NCBI GenBank assembly: GCA_036677065.1
Contig: JAKFBS010000002.1
Coordinates: 864,001 to 928,000, forward strand
DNA length: 64,000 nucleotides
From: Bdellovibrio sp.
GTDB taxonomy: Bacteria > Bdellovibrionota > Bdellovibrionia > Bdellovibrionales > Bdellovibrionaceae
Direction of reading: 5' to 3'
The notes under the pieces are model-generated. The model did no database searches and was not told the DNA's origin. It was given only the letters and a program-made list of their open reading frames with translations. Below, piece after piece: positions 1 to 9,948 of the stretch. The position numbers were made by a program, and so were the translations under genes. The first letter of the stretch is position 1. Every line of letters begins with the position of its first letter.

Positions 1-488
1 ACCTGCGGGCGGCGCGAGAAAAATTCAACTATACGATTAATTTTTGATAAACCGATCACTTTTTTATTAGGAATATAGGCAACCGTTGCAAAACCATCAA
101 TCGGTTGAAAGTGATGTTCACACATCGACATCACTTCAATATTTTGTACGCACACCATTTGGTCGTACTTCATTTTATTTTCAATAACCGTCATCGCCGG
201 AAAATTCTCAGGATGCAAACCACCGAACACTTCGTTGACATACATTTTGGCAATACGTTTTGGCGTATCACGAAGGCTGTCATCATTGAGATCAAGACCT
301 AAAACATTCATAATCTGAGAAAAGTGAAACTTGATTTCTTCAATTTTTTCATCGGCCGATAAATTATTATCAAACGTCGGCGAAGCCAACACATTGGCTA
401 ATACTTTATGCCCGTGCGATTGCTTTTTAGCTGGCTTTTTAGCCTTAGGTTTTACTGATGTTTTTTTAGTCTTTTTAGGTGCAGTCAT
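1..488 (-). CDS. folE: GTP cyclohydrolase I (runs off the left edge; missing from the ORF track)
   Basis: Manual translation from ATG at 488: ...[28 protein letters not shown]...[50 protein letters not shown] and RPQ are hallmark FolE motifs. Confidence 0.95.
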   Translation of the reverse strand, partial: MTAPKKTKKTSVKPKAKKPAKKQSHGHKVLANVLASPTFDNNLSADEKIEEIKFHFSQIMNVLGLDLNDDSLRDTPKRIAKMYVNEVFGGLHPENFPAMTVIENKMKYDQMVCVQNIEVMSMCEHHFQPIDGFATVAYIPNKKVIGLSKINRIVEFFSRRPQ

Positions 489-512
489 AGAGTTAGATAT
501 AATCTATCTGGG

Positions 513-1652
513 CTACATATCCAATTTAAAAAACTGCACTTCTTGCTTAACCAGTTGTAACAAGCTTTCAATAGAGGAATTGGCTGCTAAAGTCGTTGGC
601 AACCCCCTGGCCGGAACAAAAGATTCGGCTAAAATTCTTAATTTACCCGATGGAAACGCAATTGAACGCGTATCGATTTCTTGCTGTGCGCGCGAATCTA
701 AAGCCTCTAAGCCCCAGTCTTTACAGTTTTCGGCGTTTAAATCGAATTGTGCGTTAGTGTACTTACGCAACACGGCCTCTAAATGCTGAATCGGACGCAG
801 CGGATGATCCAAAGTCATGCGAAAGGTAAAAATCACCTGATCTTGCTTTTGGCGCACAAAAAACTGAGCCGTTTGCTGAGGCGGTGACAATTTGTAAAAC
901 GCCTGCGCCATAAGGTCTTCGTTAATACGAAGCCCCTTTTTAAAATTCGCATTAATCTGATTTGTCGAAACGACAACGCGAATGTTTGTCCAATTACGAG
1001 CTTGGGCTAATTGATCAAGTATGGGTTTTACGTCTTTAACTTCATCTAAATGACGAATTTTTAAAATTACATTTTGCGGTAAGGCTAAAATGACTTTTCG
1101 GGCAAAAAACATTCTTTCGCGATCACCGGTTTGAAAAGTTAATTGATAACGTGAACCAATTTTTCTTACACTCACCAAACGATGCTGCAGGCGAATCTGT
1201 TTTTCAGGAATCAAGCCCTGTACGATGTCTGACAGCTGGTCGACCAGGGCCGAGGCTCCTTTTTTAAAAGTCCACGTTTTGCTATCAAGGTCGGTTTTTT
1301 CTAGATTCAGTTCTTTAGCTAACGTATTTAAAGCCGTGTCTTTTTTAGAAAACTCAAACGCACCCCATTCGGTTTTATCAATGGTTTGAATTTTTCCGCC
1401 CAATCTTGACGAGGCCTCAAAAATTTTAAATGGGATTCTATTTTTTTTAAGTTCGTATGCGGCATACAGACCGGCGATGCCGCCACCAATAATGACTACT
1501 TCGTTATCAAAATCAAACTGATCTTCGATGAGATATTCATCTAATGTCGAACAAGAGGGCAAAAGTGGTAAGAGCGATAGGCCCGCCGCTCCCCACAATG
1601 CTGTGGTGAGAAATTCACGACGGTTAGTTCTAAAACGGTTTCGTTTCGACAT
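513..1652 (-). CDS. FAD-dependent oxidoreductase (amine oxidase-like) with Tat/lipoprotein signal
   Basis: NRREFL twin-arginine motif, LLPSC lipobox, IIGGGIAGL Rossmann motif, EASSRLGGK motif. Confidence 0.75.
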   Translation of the reverse strand: MSKRNRFRTNRREFLTTALWGAAGLSLLPLLPSCSTLDEYLIEDQFDFDNEVVIIGGGIAGLYAAYELKKNRIPFKIFEASSRLGGKIQTIDKTEWGAFEFSKKDTALNTLAKELNLEKTDLDSKTWTFKKGASALVDQLSDIVQGLIPEKQIRLQHRLVSVRKIGSRYQLTFQTGDRERMFFARKVILALPQNVILKIRHLDEVKDVKPILDQLAQARNWTNIRVVVSTNQINANFKKGLRINEDLMAQAFYKLSPPQQTAQFFVRQKQDQVIFTFRMTLDHPLRPIQHLEAVLRKYTNAQFDLNAENCKDWGLEALDSRAQQEIDTRSIAFPSGKLRILAESFVPARGLPTTLAANSSIESLLQLVKQEVQFFKLDM

Positions 1653-1674
1653 CAAATTATGCTAGCGTGAAAAA

Positions 1675-2256
1675 ATGTTCCGCACAAATGATCTTGAACA
1701 ATTAATGCAAAAAGTTGATGGCTTTGGCTGGGGAATGACATCCTTAGACCCACTCCTAGCTAACCTTTTGCTTGAACGATTTCAAGATGTGCAAAATCAA
1801 GGGCTTTTAGAGCCTGCGACCATTACTAAATCGATTGATCAGGCCACAGCTATTCGTAACGATTTCACTTACTGGCTGGAAAAAGAGCACCACCCGACCG
1901 AAAATAAAATTTTAGAAAATCTTGAACAGATTCTAACGGCTTTAAAAAATTATTTTCGCATTTCATTATCGCATTTAGAATGCCATTTTGCTTTTTATCC
2001 ACCAGGCCATTTTTATAAAAAACATATCGATCAAACTGAAAGCAACAACAAACGTTTTTTTTCGTTTGTGATTTATTTAAATCCAAACTGGAAACCCAGT
2101 GATGGCGGAAAACTTGTTGGCTACGACCAAGAACGAAAATTATTTGAAGTTATGCCGCACTTTGGAGAAATGATTTTATTTCGTAGCGACATTCCTCATG
2201 AAGTTGAAACAAGCTACAACACGCGCCGTTCGATTGCCGGATGGTTTCGCGTATGA
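1675..2256 (+). CDS. 2OG-Fe(II) oxygenase (SM-20/prolyl hydroxylase-like)
   Basis: YPPGHFYKKHID (HxD), YLN..W...DGG, PHEV and RRSIAGW motifs. Confidence 0.9.
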   Translation: MFRTNDLEQLMQKVDGFGWGMTSLDPLLANLLLERFQDVQNQGLLEPATITKSIDQATAIRNDFTYWLEKEHHPTENKILENLEQILTALKNYFRISLSHLECHFAFYPPGHFYKKHIDQTESNNKRFFSFVIYLNPNWKPSDGGKLVGYDQERKLFEVMPHFGEMILFRSDIPHEVETSYNTRRSIAGWFRV

Positions 2257-3932
2257 AAAATTTAAGATCGCAAAAAGATGTCGTTTACTTTATTTTGTTT
2301 GACCGCTTAGCGGTTCGTATCGGCATTATGTTACTTGCATTTTTTGCAACTTTAGCTGGTCTTGCGGTTCCGTATTATCAACGTGATTTCATGCTACAGC
2401 TGTCAACTAACCCTTTGTTTGTGTGTACGCTGCTGGCCCTGTTGTCTTTTGTCTTGACGCAGATGACGAACTTTTTAGGTCAACGCGAAGCTTTGATCAC
2501 GCAAAAAGCGCTATCAGAAAAATTATACCACCACATCTTACGACTTAAGCCACTAACCACCAGCCACAAAACTGTGGGCGAAATGGTCGCCTTATACACG
2601 ACTGATATTCCAAGTTGCACGATGTGGCTTGAGCAAACGATTCCCTATGCGCTGACGACGGCATTCCCATTAATGCTGGCACCCATATTTTTAAATGTGG
2701 TCTATCATATTCCCTATAGTTTAACGTTATCGCTGATAGCGGCTTTGGTTTGTGTGAATCTATTATTAGCCCGCAGACAGTCCGGATTTTTCTACTATTT
2801 TAAAATCTTAGCCGGCCAGCGCATGGGTTTGGTGAATGAATGGATTCAAAATATTCGCGGGCTTAAATCCCTAAACTGGATTCAGGGTTTTGAAAATAAA
2901 ATTATCAAAAAGCGTATTGAAGAAACGAATAATCGCATCGCGATGGTCACTAACGGTCAGATTATGAATTCGATTTCATCAAGTGTGACGTTCTGGCTAA
3001 ACCTGGCGATTTTATTTTACGTGACCTATGCCCATAACGAACTGATCGGCCAAATTGATCTAATTGCCGTGATGTGGGTGATGGGTGTATTTTTATCAAA
3101 ACCCTTAAGACAGCTTCCATGGTTTTTTACGATGATGTTTGATGCCTGGACTTCGGTTCGCAGAACCGGCGATTTTTTTTCGCTTGAAAATGCGCGTTAC
3201 CATATCGATGATGAAAACACCGCCTTAAATGCTGATGAATCATTAGTGGTCGAAGATTTAAATTTAATTATTGAGAATAAAATCGTTTTAAAAAATATTA
3301 ATTTAAAAGTTAAAAAAAATGAAGTTGTGGCGATTATTGGCCCGATTGGCAGTGGCAAATCGGTTTTATTTAAATCACTGATGCGCGAAACGCCGTTTAA
3401 GGCTAAACGCCTGGCACAACTGCCGCATAGTTATTTACCACAAGAGCCATTTATCTTAAGTGCGACGTTAACAGAAAATATTATTCTGGATTATCACAAC
3501 GAACCATCTGAGGCAGCTCATCACGCCGTAAAAGCCACGGCAGCCTTAAAACATGCGCAATTTGATATCGAACACGATCGTATTAGTGATGGTTTACAAA
3601 CAATCATTGGTGAGCGTGGTTTAAATATTTCTGGCGGACAAAAACAAAGATTAAATTTAGCCAGATTATTTTACAACCCTCTGCCGTTATTTTTATTAGA
3701 CGATCCCTTTAGCGCCGTCGATGTGGGCACCGAGAAAAAACTGATCGATGCCCTATTTACTTTAAAAGAACAAGGTCACAGCTTTTTAGTGATCACCCAA
3801 CGTTATGAATTTTTAAAACACTGTGATCGTATTGTTTATTTAGAAAAAGGCGAAATCAAATTTAATGGCGCTTATACAGATTTTATAAGCAAACCGAAAT
3901 ATCAAAAATTTATCGCAGGCGATATAACATGA
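2253..3932 (+). CDS. ABC exporter half-transporter (TMD+NBD, degenerate site)
   Basis: Six-TM N-terminus, GPIGSGKS, ISGGQKQR, Walker B LLDD, H-loop TQR. ATGA overlap with the upstream gene. Confidence 0.9.
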   Translation: MKNLRSQKDVVYFILFDRLAVRIGIMLLAFFATLAGLAVPYYQRDFMLQLSTNPLFVCTLLALLSFVLTQMTNFLGQREALITQKALSEKLYHHILRLKPLTTSHKTVGEMVALYTTDIPSCTMWLEQTIPYALTTAFPLMLAPIFLNVVYHIPYSLTLSLIAALVCVNLLLARRQSGFFYYFKILAGQRMGLVNEWIQNIRGLKSLNWIQGFENKIIKKRIEETNNRIAMVTNGQIMNSISSSVTFWLNLAILFYVTYAHNELIGQIDLIAVMWVMGVFLSKPLRQLPWFFTMMFDAWTSVRRTGDFFSLENARYHIDDENTALNADESLVVEDLNLIIENKIVLKNINLKVKKNEVVAIIGPIGSGKSVLFKSLMRETPFKAKRLAQLPHSYLPQEPFILSATLTENIILDYHNEPSEAAHHAVKATAALKHAQFDIEHDRISDGLQTIIGERGLNISGGQKQRLNLARLFYNPLPLFLLDDPFSAVDVGTEKKLIDALFTLKEQGHSFLVITQRYEFLKHCDRIVYLEKGEIKFNGAYTDFISKPKYQKFIAGDIT

Positions 3933-5671
3933 AAAAAGCCTTTTCTAAAACAATCTTTGATACCCTGATGCAGGCTTATCGCCCTTTTATCGTTAGAATT
4001 ATAACGGTGGTGATTTTAGGATTTGCCGCAAGATTGTTGTTTTTATCCAATGCCCAGATGATTGCGCGCTTTTATGACGCCCACAAAATTATCCAGCGTG
4101 ATGATTTAGTTTCTCTGACTTCAAGTTTATTAGTTGTGCTGGTCGTTTCATTTTTATTAACGCTTATTTACCGCACGGTATTTTCAAGGCTTTCGGCTCT
4201 GGCCGTTTCGCGTATTTATGATGAAACGACTTACCGTGTGTCGCGCTACCCATTATCATATTTTGATAATACTCCAGTCGGTAAAATCACAACACGTTTT
4301 TCGAGCGATTACGGCAATATCTTTCGTTTATTCGGTGGCCCCTTGGCCGAGTTTTTATCGATCATCTTTGATTTAATCGGCATTACAATTTTAATCATGT
4401 TAACGCACCCTTATTTTGTGGTGAACTTGCTGTTAGCAGGCCTAGGTTTTTATGTGATTTTAAAACGTAATCAAATCAGACTGCGTGAACATCGCCGTGA
4501 AGTTTCGATTTTACGTGGGCCTTCGGTGGCGCATTTTTCAGAAACTGTTCAGGGAAGCCTTTCGATCAGACAAAATTCTAAAGTCAGAACTTTTATTAAT
4601 CGCTTTTTAAAATTAGATGATCTTTACATTACCAGTAAATATCACATCGTGAAAAGCATTATGCGTTTTTCGACAGAACTGAATGTGATTTCTACGCTAT
4701 TATTTTTAATGAATGGCTTATTGGGAATGTATCTGGTGCACGAAGGCAAATTAGGCGCCGGGCAAGTGGCCGTGACTTTGGGTTTCACTATTCTGGCGAC
4801 AAATACCCTACAGATGTTTTTTGAGTGGTACTCACAATTTGAAGAGGCGTTAGTGGGTGTTGAGCGTTTAGATGAATTTATTCGTAACCCGATCGAAGAA
4901 GGTGCCTTGCTGCCGTCGTATTCAGATTTTAAAACTCACCATCCGAAAAAAGATAAGTTAAATAAAACCACAGAGCCAGCGGTAAAACTTGCTTCTGATT
5001 TTAAATTAACTGTTGAAAATCTATCGCTCACTTACCCGAATCAAAATCACCCCACACTTTTGAATGTGTCTTTTAAATTAAAACCTTCAGAAAAATTGGG
5101 CATCATTGGCCGAACCGGCGCTGGTAAGTCGACCTTGATTTCTGCGCTATTACGCTTATACCCTTTCAATCAAGGTGTGATTTTAATCGATAATGCCTTT
5201 AAAACAGATATCGAAGACCACCGTAAACAGTTTTCGTTGATTTCGCAGGATCAGTTTTTTATTAAGGGAACAATCAAAGATAATCTTGATCTGTTTAACC
5301 AGTTTTCGAGCGATAAACTGAACGAGACCCTGAAGCTTGTGGGGCTTCCGCTACAGTTACATTTTATGCTGGATGAAAAGGGACAAAACCTTTCACAAGG
5401 TGAAAAACAGCTCTTAAGTCTGGCCCGCGGGCTCTTACAAAATGCAGAGATTTTCATCTTCGATGAAGCCACCGCAAACATTGATCCTCAATCTGAAAAA
5501 TTAATTGAATTAGCTCTGAAAAAGACTTTAGCCGATAAGACACAAATCCGAATAGCTCATAGACTGCAGACAGTTTTGGATTGCGATAAGATTTTATGGC
5601 TTGAACACGGACAAGTAAAAATGTTAGGTTCAACCCCAGAAGTTTTAAAAGCATTTGAAGCGTCTCGTTAG
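3929..5671 (+). CDS. ABC exporter half-transporter (TMD+NBD)
   Basis: YFDNTPVGKITTRFSSD, GRTGAGKS, LSQGEKQ, FDEATANID, IAHRL. Confidence 0.9.
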   Translation: MKKAFSKTIFDTLMQAYRPFIVRIITVVILGFAARLLFLSNAQMIARFYDAHKIIQRDDLVSLTSSLLVVLVVSFLLTLIYRTVFSRLSALAVSRIYDETTYRVSRYPLSYFDNTPVGKITTRFSSDYGNIFRLFGGPLAEFLSIIFDLIGITILIMLTHPYFVVNLLLAGLGFYVILKRNQIRLREHRREVSILRGPSVAHFSETVQGSLSIRQNSKVRTFINRFLKLDDLYITSKYHIVKSIMRFSTELNVISTLLFLMNGLLGMYLVHEGKLGAGQVAVTLGFTILATNTLQMFFEWYSQFEEALVGVERLDEFIRNPIEEGALLPSYSDFKTHHPKKDKLNKTTEPAVKLASDFKLTVENLSLTYPNQNHPTLLNVSFKLKPSEKLGIIGRTGAGKSTLISALLRLYPFNQGVILIDNAFKTDIEDHRKQFSLISQDQFFIKGTIKDNLDLFNQFSSDKLNETLKLVGLPLQLHFMLDEKGQNLSQGEKQLLSLARGLLQNAEIFIFDEATANIDPQSEKLIELALKKTLADKTQIRIAHRLQTVLDCDKILWLEHGQVKMLGSTPEVLKAFEASR

Positions 5672-5677
5672 GAAACT

Positions 5678-7063
5678 ATGTCAGACGAAAAAAAACCATC
5701 AAATCCACGCGACGAAAAGCCGCTGGATTTTATTGAGAACGAAGCAGAAAACGCTGTTGATGAAAACAGTGTTGAATTCCTTCGTATGAACTGGGCCCAG
5801 CTTCCGCAAGCCCAGAGCCACGATGCGTTCTTTCGTCTTTCTCGTACCGATGCCGAAGAGTTATTCTTATCACTGACAGCTCAAGATCAATTTCCTTTAA
5901 TTAAAGCCTGTACTTCATTAGAAAAAAGATCTTGGATCAGATTATTAGCGCCGGATGACGCGGCCGATTTAATTCAGGAAGAAGAAGCTGACCAGCGTGA
6001 AGCTTGGCTAAGCTTGCTTGATCCGCAAACAAAACGCGAAGTGGGCGTGTTATTAGCTTACGCTGAAGACAACGCCGGCGGCATCATGTCATCGCGCTTT
6101 TTACGCCTGCGTCCCAACATGAACGTCGACGAAGCGATCAGCTACATCCGTTTGCAGGCTAAAACTCAGGTTGAAACTATTTACTATGCTTACGTCTTAA
6201 CAACAGATCAAAAGTTATTAGGTGTTGTCTCATTTCGAGAACTATTTGCTTCAGCTCCGCAAAAAAAAGTGGATGAGATCATGTCTTCAGACATCATCTC
6301 TGTACCGGTTGATATGGATCAGGAACAAATTGGTCAGATTTTTAGCCAAAATAATTTAATGGCCCTACCCGTTATTGATGCGGATGAAAAAATGATTGGT
6401 ATCGTCACGTTTGATGACGTGGCTGAAGTGATCCAAGAAGAGGCCACTGAAGATATTCATAAGATTGCCGGTATGGAAAGCTTAGACGCACCCTATTTAC
6501 AAATCGGCTTTGCTGAAATGTTAAAAAAGCGCGCGGGCTGGTTGATCGTACTTTTAGTGGGTGGAATGTTTACGACTACCGCACTTGGTTACTACGAAGA
6601 TGAAATGCAGCGAGCCGCAGTACTGTATATGTTTTTACCTTTGATTATTTCTTCTGGTGGTAACACCGGTTCGCAGGCTTCAACACTGGTGATTCGCGCT
6701 ATGGCCTTAGGCGAAGTTCGCCTAAAAGATTGGTGGCGAGTTTTAATCCGCGAGATTTCTACGGGGCTTTGCCTGGGATTAATTTTGGGCGCGATTGCTT
6801 TGCTGCGAATTTATTTATGGCCATGGGCTGAACAAATGTACGGCGAACATTATCGTTACATCGCGCACACTGTGGCCGTTTCTATAATTGGCGTGGTTTT
6901 ATGGGGCACAATTACAGGCTCGATGTTACCCTTTGTCTTAAGAAAATTTAAACTCGATCCCGCTTCAGCTTCTGCTCCTGCAGTTGCAACGATCGTAGAT
7001 GTCACAGGTTTAATCATTTATTTCACCGCCGCTAGTCTAATTCTAAAAGGCATTTTGTTGTAA
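5678..7063 (+). CDS. mgtE: magnesium transporter MgtE
   Basis: MgtE_N region, CBS pair, GGNTGSQ, DPASASAP..TIVD membrane motifs. Confidence 0.95.
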   Translation: MSDEKKPSNPRDEKPLDFIENEAENAVDENSVEFLRMNWAQLPQAQSHDAFFRLSRTDAEELFLSLTAQDQFPLIKACTSLEKRSWIRLLAPDDAADLIQEEEADQREAWLSLLDPQTKREVGVLLAYAEDNAGGIMSSRFLRLRPNMNVDEAISYIRLQAKTQVETIYYAYVLTTDQKLLGVVSFRELFASAPQKKVDEIMSSDIISVPVDMDQEQIGQIFSQNNLMALPVIDADEKMIGIVTFDDVAEVIQEEATEDIHKIAGMESLDAPYLQIGFAEMLKKRAGWLIVLLVGGMFTTTALGYYEDEMQRAAVLYMFLPLIISSGGNTGSQASTLVIRAMALGEVRLKDWWRVLIREISTGLCLGLILGAIALLRIYLWPWAEQMYGEHYRYIAHTVAVSIIGVVLWGTITGSMLPFVLRKFKLDPASASAPAVATIVDVTGLIIYFTAASLILKGILL

Positions 7064-7064
7064 T

Positions 7065-7080
7065 TGGCATTGCTCATGCT
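7065..7080 (+). promoter_or_regulatory. candidate sigma54 -24/-12 promoter
   Basis: TGGCATTGCTCATGCT fits GG-N10-GC, upstream of the 7143 ORF (SD AAGGAG). Confidence 0.55.
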
Positions 7081-7142
7081 TAGTAAACCGTATGTACGTC
7101 AGGGAATGCACATACAGTTTTAGATCAACTAAGGAGATTTAA

Positions 7143-7904
7143 ATGCTAACAAAACCACAAAATGCGGCCTCACAAGATAAAAATTACTTGTCGCTGCTTA
7201 CACCAATCATCGTGGTAACAGTTTTTACTTTTCAAACAAAAGTACAAGCGATGGCAATGGGGCCATACATAGATTTAAATAAGCCGCGCGCAAATACATG
7301 GAGTCAAACTTCAACAACAAAATCTGCAGAAGATAAAAACATTGATGATAATGTGCGCGAAGCGATTCCATTATGGGAGACAAAATCACTCAATCACCGC
7401 TCTTGGAGTGAACATGTTTATAATGAATTACCGACTCTTGGCCCTGCCCTGTTAGCGGCGAATCCAACAGATGCAAAAATATTTTGTCCGAACTTTTCTA
7501 ATTTATCAGACAACGAAAGAAAACAATTCTGGGCGTTTTTTATTTCGAGCATGGCTAAATTTGAAAGTGGCTTTGACCCGAAATCAGCATACACCGAAGG
7601 CTTCAGAGACAACACGGGCCGCTACGTTATTAGCCGCGGGTTATTACAAATTTCAATGGAGAGCAGCAAAGGTTACCGCTGTGGATTTACATCATCAACA
7701 GAGATGCATAGCCCTACCAAAAATTTAAGCTGCGGAATTAAAATTCTAAATCATTGGATGAAAAAAGACCAACGTATCGCCAGTCGTTCTGGCTTAGGCT
7801 GGAGAGGTGGCGCCCGCTATTGGTCGGTACTGCGCGCAGGTAAAAAATCCTCGTATCAATCCATTGTCAAATGGAGTAACGACTTACCATTTTGTAAATT
7901 ATAA
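7143..7904 (+). CDS. secreted lysozyme-like / lytic transglycosylase (SLT) domain protein
   Basis: Signal-like N-terminus, MAKFESGFDP catalytic Glu, SRGLLQIS motif. Confidence 0.8.
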   Translation: MLTKPQNAASQDKNYLSLLTPIIVVTVFTFQTKVQAMAMGPYIDLNKPRANTWSQTSTTKSAEDKNIDDNVREAIPLWETKSLNHRSWSEHVYNELPTLGPALLAANPTDAKIFCPNFSNLSDNERKQFWAFFISSMAKFESGFDPKSAYTEGFRDNTGRYVISRGLLQISMESSKGYRCGFTSSTEMHSPTKNLSCGIKILNHWMKKDQRIASRSGLGWRGGARYWSVLRAGKKSSYQSIVKWSNDLPFCKL

Positions 7905-7915
7905 ATTGCGAAAAC

Positions 7916-9835
7916 TTACGTAGGGATCAAACCCTGCGTAAGCCCTTGCACTTGTGATTTAAGATTTTCAGTGACGTTTAAGAATTTCACACCGAACGAG
8001 TTCAGCTCAGTTGACCAAACAATTTCGCCTTCGACTTCTTCGTGCACGTCTGAAATTTTTAATTTAATTTTTTGACCCTTAGCAAACTGCTGTTCTGATT
8101 TAAATGATAATCCACCGACGGCTAATGTTTGCGAAGCGGCACTGACCACTTGATCACCGATTTGAATCATCACTTCTTTAGCTATGCTGTAACGTTCGTA
8201 CTGACGTAATGATTTACTTTGCGTTTGTTTACGACGTAAGCTAAAAGCCATCGCTAGCGGCATCAACATCATAAAACCAAACATCAATGTCTGGCCCATT
8301 TGCCCACCACTTGGTGGACCTTGATTTAATTCATTAGCAATAGCTTTAACTAAACCGCAACCACCAGCGGCACCGCCAGGTTCAGCGGCTTGCGAACTTT
8401 GTTCGGTTTTATAAACTGGTGAATAACTTGGGGCCCAAGCAGTAGAACTGATCTGCGCTTGGGCTATTTGCATAACTTTAAGCGCGTTCACGCGCCCTGC
8501 AGTTTGCGAATAACCATTCAGGTATGAAGAAGTATCTATTCCTGACATAACCACACCACGAATTTGATAAGCCGACAAGTGCGGTGCTTCACGAATGGCC
8601 AGTGCGGCAATGCCTGCGACTAACGGTGCTGCCATCGAAGTTCCGCTCATTCTTTTCTTACAGTAAAGACTTAAATTATTGATATCCGAGCACTGGCTAC
8701 CAGGTATAGTGCTATCAATTAAATCACCCGGCGCAAAAATATGAACATAGGTCGAACTATAATTAGAAAAAGGTGCTCGGCGGTCCTCGCCCCATGAAGC
8801 CCCTACCGCAATATTACTTGGGGTATCTAACATCGCCGGATAAGTTGGCTGAACGCTCAGATTCATACCGGAATTTCCAGCCGCAGTCACAATAACGACA
8901 TCGTTATCATAAGCAAACTTGTAAGCATCATGAAGTGCGCGTGAATAAGATCCGCCACCCCATGAATTATTAATCACCTTTGCGCCGTTATTAACTGCAT
9001 AGTACATGGCGTTGATGGCATTAGCGGTACTGCCACTACCTGAGCCATTTAAAAATTTTAGTGGCATAATTAGAAGTTTTGATTCTCGCACTGGTTTTTT
9101 TAAAATATCCTGACCTGCGCCGATAACAATTCCGGCTACATGTGTTCCATGATCTTTGTCATCATACATGTTTGGCGAATTGTCGACGAAGTTCCAACCG
9201 TTGATATCATCAACAAAACCGTTACCATCATCATCAACACCAGTGATGCCATTCACTTCGGCTAAGTTTTTATAAACAGCATTTGAATCAGCAAACACCG
9301 CATGCTGAATATCAACTCCAGTATCAATAACCGCTACGATAGTTTTTGTTGCCGAGGCTGGTAATTGTTGAATGGCCCATGATTCAGTGATTTGCGCCCA
9401 TGTGGACGTTTGACTATAGGTATCTGTAGACGATGCAGCAACACCCATAGCTGTTGAGGCTTCTGTATATTCTGGTTCTAAACTTAAAATATAGTTGGGT
9501 TCAATAAATTCGACTTCTGGATTTGCTTTTAAAGCTTCAAGATTTGTCACAGATACATCACTGATATGTAAAAGCCCTGCTTTTTCAAACTTAGCTTGTA
9601 CACTTAGACCTTTAAAAGCTGATAAAATGCGCGCACCTTTTTCAGAGGCCAGTTTGTTGGCAACAGCCATTCCAGAAAGACCGGCTTTACCGCTCTGTCT
9701 AACTGAGTTTAGTTGAGGTTTAAATTTAATGATATATTCGCCAGAAATAGCCACGTTCTGCGCGTGCAGGACCTGCGATAGAAAAATGAGCCCCAAAGCT
9801 GTATAAAGCCAACGTACTTTAGTGAATGACGACAT
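7916..9835 (-). CDS. S8 subtilase with Gly-rich/GGCG linker, TM anchor and C-terminal PilZ-like domain
   Basis: VAVIDTG, HGTHVAG, SGTSMAAP triad motifs; GGAAGGCG; TM segment followed by RRK; RQYER (RxxxR)...GGL...GEIVW...FGVKF. Confidence 0.85.
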   Translation of the reverse strand: MSSFTKVRWLYTALGLIFLSQVLHAQNVAISGEYIIKFKPQLNSVRQSGKAGLSGMAVANKLASEKGARILSAFKGLSVQAKFEKAGLLHISDVSVTNLEALKANPEVEFIEPNYILSLEPEYTEASTAMGVAASSTDTYSQTSTWAQITESWAIQQLPASATKTIVAVIDTGVDIQHAVFADSNAVYKNLAEVNGITGVDDDGNGFVDDINGWNFVDNSPNMYDDKDHGTHVAGIVIGAGQDILKKPVRESKLLIMPLKFLNGSGSGSTANAINAMYYAVNNGAKVINNSWGGGSYSRALHDAYKFAYDNDVVIVTAAGNSGMNLSVQPTYPAMLDTPSNIAVGASWGEDRRAPFSNYSSTYVHIFAPGDLIDSTIPGSQCSDINNLSLYCKKRMSGTSMAAPLVAGIAALAIREAPHLSAYQIRGVVMSGIDTSSYLNGYSQTAGRVNALKVMQIAQAQISSTAWAPSYSPVYKTEQSSQAAEPGGAAGGCGLVKAIANELNQGPPSGGQMGQTLMFGFMMLMPLAMAFSLRRKQTQSKSLRQYERYSIAKEVMIQIGDQVVSAASQTLAVGGLSFKSEQQFAKGQKIKLKISDVHEEVEGEIVWSTELNSFGVKFLNVTENLKSQVQGLTQGLIPT

Positions 9836-9842
9836 ACTTAGA

Positions 9843-9869
9843 TTATCGTCTGGTTAGACCTTAATCTAA
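9843..9869 (-). promoter_or_regulatory. possible sigma28 (FliA)-like promoter of the subtilase
   Basis: Minus strand reads TTAG-N15-GACGATAA, versus consensus TAAA-N15-GCCGATAA. Confidence 0.3.
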
Positions 9870-9948
9870 AGGGTGAGATGAGCAAGTCTCACTATAAGAC
9901 AACAAAGTCGTTGTCGATCTTGGGGTAATGTTTATAAAATAGAATTAT

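Noticed and set aside
105..789. Plus-strand ORFs 105-302 and 331-789
   Set aside because: Antisense shadows of folE and the oxidoreductase. The same applies to most 60-110-aa ORFs nested opposite long genes in the track.
9885..9900. GTCTCA-N3-TRAGAC-like intergenic palindrome, weakly echoed near 38801
   Set aside because: Too short and degenerate to support without a genome-wide count.
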